64,000 nt of DNA from Haplodiscus bocki. Taxonomy: Eukaryota. The notes beneath the pieces were generated by a model. That model worked only from the letters and a program-made list of their open reading frames with translations, was not told the DNA's origin and did no database searches. The stretch is taken from contig OZ296656.1 of NCBI GenBank assembly GCA_965655095.1, positions 31,434,001 to 31,498,000 of the forward strand. The letters run 5' to 3'. Each line of letters starts with the position of its first letter. Positions within the stretch are counted from its first letter, which is position 1. The translations under genes and the position numbers were made by a program. Of the stretch, positions 35,953 to 41,674 are shown in pieces.

Positions 35953-36735
35953 TCAAATTTCTTTGATAGATAAACGAAAATTAACTGATTGGCCGTTAAA
36001 TGAAACTAAATCTCCATTTTCGTTTTTTAATTTGAAACAAATACTTGAAATAATATCTTTTGATTCCATCATATACCATTGTATTCCTCCGTAAAATTTT
36101 TCAATGTATTTATAGCTTGGGTCTACATCCATAGTAAAATTATGAATTATTCCAGTTCGTTTCCCTTTAAAAATCATTCCTTTAGCAATATCAGTTTCAA
36201 TGAAAATATTATCGAAAGATAAAATATCAACAGGATTGGGTGATAAATTATATTCTTCAAATATTGTTGTCTTATTAAATCCTAAAAGATCCCCTATACT
36301 ATCATTGGGTACAAATGTTAATATTGGTCCTTGACTTGATATTTCAATAATAGATCCTAAAGTACTAAAATTAGGCTTAATGGTAAATGGATAATCTTTT
36401 TCATTATAATGACCATCATCAATAATTATCCTTTTAATTTCATTATTAAGATTTTTGAGTTCATAAGCACCAAGTGGAATGGTTATTGAAATGTAATCAT
36501 CATCAGTAATTGATTTGAAGAAATAAAATTTATTATTTGAATTTGTAACATTGAAAATACCATTATAACCAGTTAGAAAAGTGACTGCAATTTTGAATTG
36601 TTTGTTATTAGTTTGAAGAGGTTGAAACAAATGCTCTTCATGAGTAGATTTATCCATACTAATTAACATATGCTCTTCTATTTTAGGTCTTGTATTATAA
36701 GCTATTTGTTCTAATAATTTACTAGGAAGTTCCAT
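35953..36735 (-). CDS. Minor capsid protein (penton, single jelly roll), 260 aa
   Basis: NVTNSNNKFY, ITIPLGAYE...LN..I, DLLGF, and C-terminal ICFKLKNENGDLVSFNGQSVNFRLSI, typical of Polinton pentons. Next to the MCP. Confidence 0.88.
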   Translation of the reverse strand: MELPSKLLEQIAYNTRPKIEEHMLISMDKSTHEEHLFQPLQTNNKQFKIAVTFLTGYNGIFNVTNSNNKFYFFKSITDDDYISITIPLGAYELKNLNNEIKRIIIDDGHYNEKDYPFTIKPNFSTLGSIIEISSQGPILTFVPNDSIGDLLGFNKTTIFEEYNLSPNPVDILSFDNIFIETDIAKGMIFKGKRTGIIHNFTMDVDPSYKYIEKFYGGIQWYMMESKDIISSICFKLKNENGDLVSFNGQSVNFRLSIKEI

Positions 36736-37584
36736 TTATTTGGTTGTAAACTTATCAAGGGCATTTCGATATTGTTGTTTATTCTGAATTTCACCTCGTT
36801 TGTATAATTCATCGATTAAATTTGATGCTTCTGTGAGAGTATCGGTATGTCCAGATAATTTTAGACCAAGTAGGACTTCTAGTCTGGTGTATATATCTAT
36901 TATGTTAGATGGTATTATAGTTTTAACACCTTCTCCTTGTAAATTATCAGGTTCATTTTCAATTGCTGGTAAAGGAGGATTTCGAATTTTATCTATTTCT
37001 CTTGGAAAATTTTATAAAGCATCTTTCATTCTAGCTGAATTTAAACCTTTTTTATGTCTCATAGAATAAAAACCTGTATTTTTGAGTATATCATATACAG
37101 TTGATTTATCATCATCATCCATATTTTTAGTTGTGAGTTTTGTATCAGTAAAGTAATTTTGAATATTAGGTTTTATATCATACTCTCGATTTTTAATACT
37201 AATTCTTTTTTCTCCTAATGCTTTGACAGGAATTTTATTCCAAAATACTTTTCCATCATCATCTTCTTCTAGTTTGAAAAAATTTTTACTTTTCTTCATG
37301 AATGATAATGTATCGCGTAATGATCGAGTACTGGTTATATTTTCTATAGCTGGTGTTTGAGTGTTTTCATCTTCAACATCTGATTTTTTAACTAATTGTT
37401 TAGTGGTATAATTAACCTCTTCTAATTTTTTAGTGATAGGTGATAATGATTCTGCTAATTTTATATCATGTGTCTGTTTTAAAATTCTTTTTTTAATCTT
37501 AAGAGCTCGTTGATTTTTCTGTTGATCTGCTAATTTACGTAGATTATCTAAATCTTTTTCTGTAGCATTTGAATAAACACTCAT
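36736..37584 (-). pseudogene. Conserved Maverick virion-associated protein (~282 aa) with a premature TAA
   Basis: Reading through TAA at 37012-37014 continues NFPREID...LQGEG|VKTIIPSNIIDIYTRLEVLLGLKLSGHTDTLTEASNLIDELYKRGEI...KFTTK*, ending TAA-ATG on the penton start. The C-terminal PS......RL.LL.....GH...E...IDEL helical motif is common in Mavericks. Confidence 0.8.
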
Positions 37585-37780
37585 TTATAAGACTCAAATA
37601 AACGCTTGAATAACTAGTATAACATCTCGTTTCTTTGTACTATTCCTAAGTATAAGTACTCATATAAATGTACTATCACATTTTTTCTATGTTTGTATAA
37701 TTTCTCATATAAATGTAAGTATTCCCAAATATAAATACACGTATAATTGAATGTATCTAAATGTTATAAGTATCGATAAA

Positions 37781-38506
37781 TCAAAAAGGAGAGCTATCAG
37801 GAACAAATATTGAATCTAATCCGAGTCGATATCGCCCTGTATATTTATCCTTAGTCATATCAATAGTAAGAGGTTGATAATTTTTATTCCAACAAATATT
37901 AGATAAGTATTTAAATTCGTTTAATGTCATATCCATTGAAGCTTTATCTTGATATAAATTTATCACATCTCTGAAATTATTAGGTTTAAATATATGATAG
38001 ATATTTCCATTACAGCGTATTGTTTTCTTACTCAATTCATAGTAATCTTGACTTATTATAAAAATAGATAAATTATTATGTCTAGATCTTTTAAACATTG
38101 CTTGAACTCTAGGATCATCCATTTCTTTTTGATTTAAATCGTCTAAGATAATAATACTATTATTTTCATATTCCTGAGGAAATTTTAAAGCTTCTATACT
38201 TTCATAAGTCTCTATCTCAGTGTTTGATTTTTCAAAATCTTTATTAGTAACTATCTCTTCAATTACTATATCAATATCTTCTTCGTTTAAAATGTTTGGG
38301 ATTATGTGAATTGGTATGTAATTACTAAAACATTTAATTAATTTTTGATATAAATCTTGATGAAGACTAGGTGAATAGATGTATATTTTATCATATTCAT
38401 TAATAATATTTAAAATTAAATTTGTTAAAAAATAGCTTTTACCACTCTCACTAGGTCCGGTTATAATACACCTACAAGGATGAGACGGATATAAAATCTT
38501 ATCCAT
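37781..38506 (-). CDS. A32/FtsK-HerA family genome-packaging ATPase
   Basis: Walker A GPSESGKS, Walker B IIILDD, arginine finger RSRH, then IFIISQ and IRCN. Confidence 0.96.
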   Translation of the reverse strand: MDKILYPSHPCRCIITGPSESGKSYFLTNLILNIINEYDKIYIYSPSLHQDLYQKLIKCFSNYIPIHIIPNILNEEDIDIVIEEIVTNKDFEKSNTEIETYESIEALKFPQEYENNSIIILDDLNQKEMDDPRVQAMFKRSRHNNLSIFIISQDYYELSKKTIRCNGNIYHIFKPNNFRDVINLYQDKASMDMTLNEFKYLSNICWNKNYQPLTIDMTKDKYTGRYRLGLDSIFVPDSSPF

Positions 38507-38650
38507 TTATAATAAAGGTTTTATTAAAGTATATATCATCAAACTCATTAAACGTAAAAATAATAAACCACCTGGTATTGATAGCGATAACGCCGATATA
38601 ATTATATTAATATCATTTGTCGTCATATTATCATAAATATCTTCAACCAT
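38507..38650 (-). CDS. Small single-pass membrane protein (47 aa); not in the ORF track
   Basis: MVEDIYDNMTTNDINIIISALSLSIPGGLLFLRLMSLMIYTLIKPLL*. TAAATG start; its stop abuts the ATPase ATG. Confidence 0.6.
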   Translation of the reverse strand: MVEDIYDNMTTNDINIIISALSLSIPGGLLFLRLMSLMIYTLIKPLL

Positions 38651-38696
38651 TTATTTAAATAAGATATTATTTTTCTACACAATATATATAAGAGAT

Positions 38697-38885
38697 TTAT
38701 TTTTTATTGATTAACACTTTAATAAAACCATACGATAAAAATGATAAACAGCATATTATTGATAAAAGACATGGTATGAGTGATATTATTAAAAATAATG
38801 GTGATATTTCAATCGTCATAAAATCATCATCATTTGTGCAATTACATAATGGCATACTATCATCAACTATCTCGGTTATATTCAT
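38697..38885 (-). CDS. Small Cys-rich single-pass membrane protein (62 aa)
   Basis: Acidic N-terminus with NIT and NCT sequons, long hydrophobic segment, basic tail. TAAATG start. Confidence 0.65.
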   Translation of the reverse strand: MNITEIVDDSMPLCNCTNDDDFMTIEISPLFLIISLIPCLLSIICCLSFLSYGFIKVLINKK

Positions 38886-39029
38886 TTATAAGATATGAAT
38901 ATATACAATTATATAAGTATTTATACTAGTATACTTACAAATATTCGAGTAATAATATGATTATGAAAATTGAGTGATTGTAAAATTATATGAATACTTA
39001 TACCTAGGTATAATTACAAATATATGAAT

Positions 39030-39575
39030 TTATATATTATTAAATTTAATATTAGGAAATTTCCTAATTAAAGGATGGTTATGATTTTTGTTTATTAATT
39101 GAGGATTTTTACTAATAATATAATTTATCCTTCTTTCTAGCATGCTCATTGGCTTATCTATATAATGTTTATATCTAATATTGCAAATACAACTCGTAAT
39201 ATTGATAATCATATGATTGATGTTATTAATTTTATATCCTGAGTTCTCACAACTTTTTAAATACATTGATAAATAATTTTCTATATTAATATAATCAGTA
39301 TTATAATGATTAGTAATCTCTAGATTAGCTATAATATTATCATTAAATTGTATCTGAATTACACAGTTAATAAAATACAAATCAAATTTTTCATTATGGA
39401 TAGAAATATAATAATCAAATTTTTTATTGATATTATCTAAATAAATATTATTAATACTGTAGTTATAACATAAATTTCTATCATATCTTTTTTGGAAAGA
39501 TCCTAAATAATAATTAAACTCATCTTTATCATTTAATATTTCGTAATCGCATTTATGGCAAAGAATGTCAGTCAT
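39030..39575 (-). CDS. Hypothetical protein (181 aa) with a degenerate N-terminal Zn finger; paralog of 39820-40392
   Basis: CHKCD, Y.I..I...N.....YI....KF, and KP...LE are shared with the paralog. TAAATG start. Confidence 0.75.
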   Translation of the reverse strand: MTDILCHKCDYEILNDKDEFNYYLGSFQKRYDRNLCYNYSINNIYLDNINKKFDYYISIHNEKFDLYFINCVIQIQFNDNIIANLEITNHYNTDYINIENYLSMYLKSCENSGYKINNINHMIINITSCICNIRYKHYIDKPMSMLERRINYIISKNPQLINKNHNHPLIRKFPNIKFNNI

Positions 39576-39612
39576 TTAGTTACATATATTTATTTGAATT
39601 AATTTTCGATAA

Positions 39613-39825
39613 ATGGAAAATTTTATAAAAGCTATCAAAAAAGACAAAAGAATTCGTAATAATATAAATATTATGTTAGATAGATATTTAAGTCTTCCAT
39701 ATGAGTTTCAATCAAGAATCGGATATGATAGTCTGATACAGAATATTATTTTAAAACAATTAATTATTATGCTCTGTTTGATAATTGTCGATTTAGATGT
39801 AGAAATAAAATTAAAAAAATCATAA
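39613..39825 (+). CDS. Hypothetical protein (70 aa), divergently oriented
   Basis: Fills the gap between two minus-strand genes. TAAATG start. Confidence 0.5.
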   Translation: MENFIKAIKKDKRIRNNINIMLDRYLSLPYEFQSRIGYDSLIQNIILKQLIIMLCLIIVDLDVEIKLKKS

Positions 39826-40392
39826 TAATTCATATTTTGTTGTCAAAAATTTATATTTACCAATTTTATCATTTAAAGGTAAATTACAAATATTTTTTAA
39901 TAATTTCGATTCAAGGACTGGTTTGGGTTGAGTTAATCGATGTCTGGGTGTCATCGTTTTATATTTTGAATATGTTGTAATAACAACATTATTTATTATA
40001 GAGGAAGAATTTATATTTATATTTTTTGTTTTTGCAAAATGATAGACATAATCCCGAACTTTTTTAGATTGACAATATTCATAAAAAATGCTACTTATAT
40101 CTTTAAATCTGTACAAAAAAACAACCCCTTCTATGTTATCAACAGAAATATTTAAAATTTCATTATCTAATTCGCATTTAACTAAAACCGTAAAAGAATA
40201 AAATTTATTATCAAAATCTTTAATATAATCGTGAATAATATTTTCAAAATTACTCCAAAGTACATCGGCAATATTATATTTGTTAATTACAATATTATAA
40301 TAATTATATAAATGAGATTTTGATTTTATATGTCTTCGTTTAAATATACGGTTAAAAGATTTATCGCAGTGATGACAATAAAAAGACGTCAT
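39820..40392 (-). CDS. C2H2 (matrin/U1-like) zinc-finger protein (190 aa)
   Basis: YCHHCDKSFNRIFKRRHIKSKSH at the N-terminus. ATG overlaps the TGA of the upstream gene. Confidence 0.8.
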   Translation of the reverse strand: MTSFYCHHCDKSFNRIFKRRHIKSKSHLYNYYNIVINKYNIADVLWSNFENIIHDYIKDFDNKFYSFTVLVKCELDNEILNISVDNIEGVVFLYRFKDISSIFYEYCQSKKVRDYVYHFAKTKNININSSSIINNVVITTYSKYKTMTPRHRLTQPKPVLESKLLKNICNLPLNDKIGKYKFLTTKYELL

Positions 40393-40844
40393 TTATATAT
40401 CATTTTTTCTATAATATTTCCTTCAGCTAAAAAGTAAAAACTGCCATTTGTGGTTTTGATATTTTCCAAACGAACTCTTACGTGATTCTGCGACTTTATT
40501 TTATATAAAATATTTGTATTTAAAATTTCACAAATAATATCGTAAGAAATAACAAATACTCTATCATCACTTCGATCATTTGCAAATATTTCTCCTAGAA
40601 TAATATCACCTGGTTTATAAGTTTTATAATCAATTTTAACTGGAATATTCAATTCTATAGTATTTATAGAGGATCTAGATAGCGGCATATTTTTTAAATT
40701 ATTCAATTCAAGGCTTGTTATCATACGACCGTCGATCTCTTTAAATAAGTATCGTTGAGTTAATTTATCTTTTATAATTTTTTTAATATCATAATTCAAT
40801 TCATCTGGATAAAGAAATATATTTAAATATGTTTCTTCTTTCAT
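40389..40844 (-). CDS. rpo18: Poxvirus-type RNA polymerase 18-kDa subunit RPO18 (vaccinia D7; RPB7/RpoE family) homolog
   Basis: YL...L.P.EL..DIK..I.......YL..EI.G.M....E.......PL.....N....N.P..I.Y..Y..GDI..G...DIIC aligns essentially without gaps over ~80 aa to vaccinia D7 as I recall it. C-terminal V...L.........F.FLA..I also fits. Size 151 aa. Confidence 0.82.
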   Translation of the reverse strand: MKEETYLNIFLYPDELNYDIKKIIKDKLTQRYLFKEIDGRMITSLELNNLKNMPLSRSSINTIELNIPVKIDYKTYKPGDIILGEIFANDRSDDRVFVISYDIICEILNTNILYKIKSQNHVRVRLENIKTTNGSFYFLAEGNIIEKMIYK

Positions 40845-40886
40845 TTATATCAATTGTTATATTTTAAATGATTTTTATTTATATAA

Positions 40887-41200
40887 ATGATCGAACTAGA
40901 AGATGTTTTAGACTATATTGATAATGCTATAACGGATAATAATAACAAAGAACAATATATATTATATATATATCGATAATACATGATTACTTTTTAGATT
41001 TTGAAGGTATTGATTTTGGAATACGATATAAAATACTCAAACAATCGAACCTAATAATAACTAAATTAATTGATCATGAAAATCGTTTGTTAAGAGATGA
41101 ATGGATTAAAATTAGAAAATTGATTGTTCCTGATCTTATAGAAGAAAATGAAGAGTTAGATGATAATGATAAATATTTCAAATCATCATCAAATATATAA
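40887..41200 (+). pseudogene. Hypothetical acidic protein (~103 aa) frameshifted in a (TA)n tract; not in the ORF track
   Basis: TATAAATG start MIELEDVLDYIDN... Deleting 2 bp in the TA run at ~40955-40973 joins it to ISIIHDYFLDFEGIDFG...KSSSNI* (stop 41198-41200). Confidence 0.6.
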
Positions 41201-41205
41201 TTATT

Positions 41206-41412
41206 AATATATAAGTAATTTTTATAATTTCATTTTTTATTTCTAATCAAACATAATCTTATAATTTCATAATTTTTATACTCTCGCAATTATTTATATA
41301 AGTAATTTTATAATTTCATAATTTTTATACTCTCGCAATTATTTGTATTCTCACCTATATAATTATTTATATAAGTAATTTTATAATTTCATAATTTTTA
41401 TACTCTCGCAAT
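41206..41412. repeat. Right subterminal ~49-bp tandem repeats containing an internal copy of the terminus
   Basis: TAATTTCATAATTTTTATACTCTCGCAATTA occurs three times (CTCTCGC at 41281, 41330, 41403). GTATTCTCACCTATATAATTATT at 41345-41367. Confidence 0.85.
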
Positions 41413-41668
41413 TACTTGTGTCTGAGTGAAAATAAAAAGATCAATATTAATATGTTATCTTCGAGCAAAGCGAGAAAAGCGAGACGCAGTCGAGCAATAA
41501 TTATAACGAGAGGCGAGATTTAGCGAAGCTATCGAGCCGGTGAGGAGCAAGGCGACGAGCGAGCGGATAGGTGTCGGATACTGGCTGTCAAGTCGAGGCG
41601 ATCGAGTGGAGCGAAGCGAAATGAGGTCGGTGAGATTGACTGGTAGTATCCGCACCTATATAATTATT
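41396..41668 (-). repeat. Right terminal inverted repeat
   Basis: Ends ...GTATCCGCACCTATATAATTATT, the reverse complement of the left end. Confidence 0.96.
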
Positions 41669-41674
41669 GCTTTT
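41669..41674 (+). other. Right target-site duplication GCTTTT
   Basis: Identical to 24397-24402. Confidence 0.95.

Larger units (their letters stand above)
24403..41668 (-). mobile_element. Complete Maverick/Polinton (adintovirus-like endogenous DNA virus), 17,266 bp
   Basis: TIRs, 6-bp TSD, and pPolB + RVE integrase + adenain + double-jelly-roll MCP + penton + A32 ATPase. AT-rich, gene-dense, almost all genes on the minus strand. Confidence 0.97.

Noticed and set aside
26157-37014. Alternative genetic code or programmed read-through explaining the in-frame stops
   Set aside because: The stops replace different expected residues (Tyr, Trp, Arg, probably Glu), TAA and TGA also end normal genes, and frameshifts co-occur; mutation is simpler.
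28879-38898. Plus-strand ORFs 28879, 29096, 31394, 31934, 36800 and 38707
   Set aside because: Antisense shadows of well-supported minus-strand genes in AT-rich DNA.
24403-41668. Bacterial prophage, tectivirus contamination, or an integrated poxvirus fragment
   Set aside because: RVE integrase, adenain, TIRs and a TSD in register with host satellite identify a Polinton. No large RNAP subunits or other poxvirus core genes are present.
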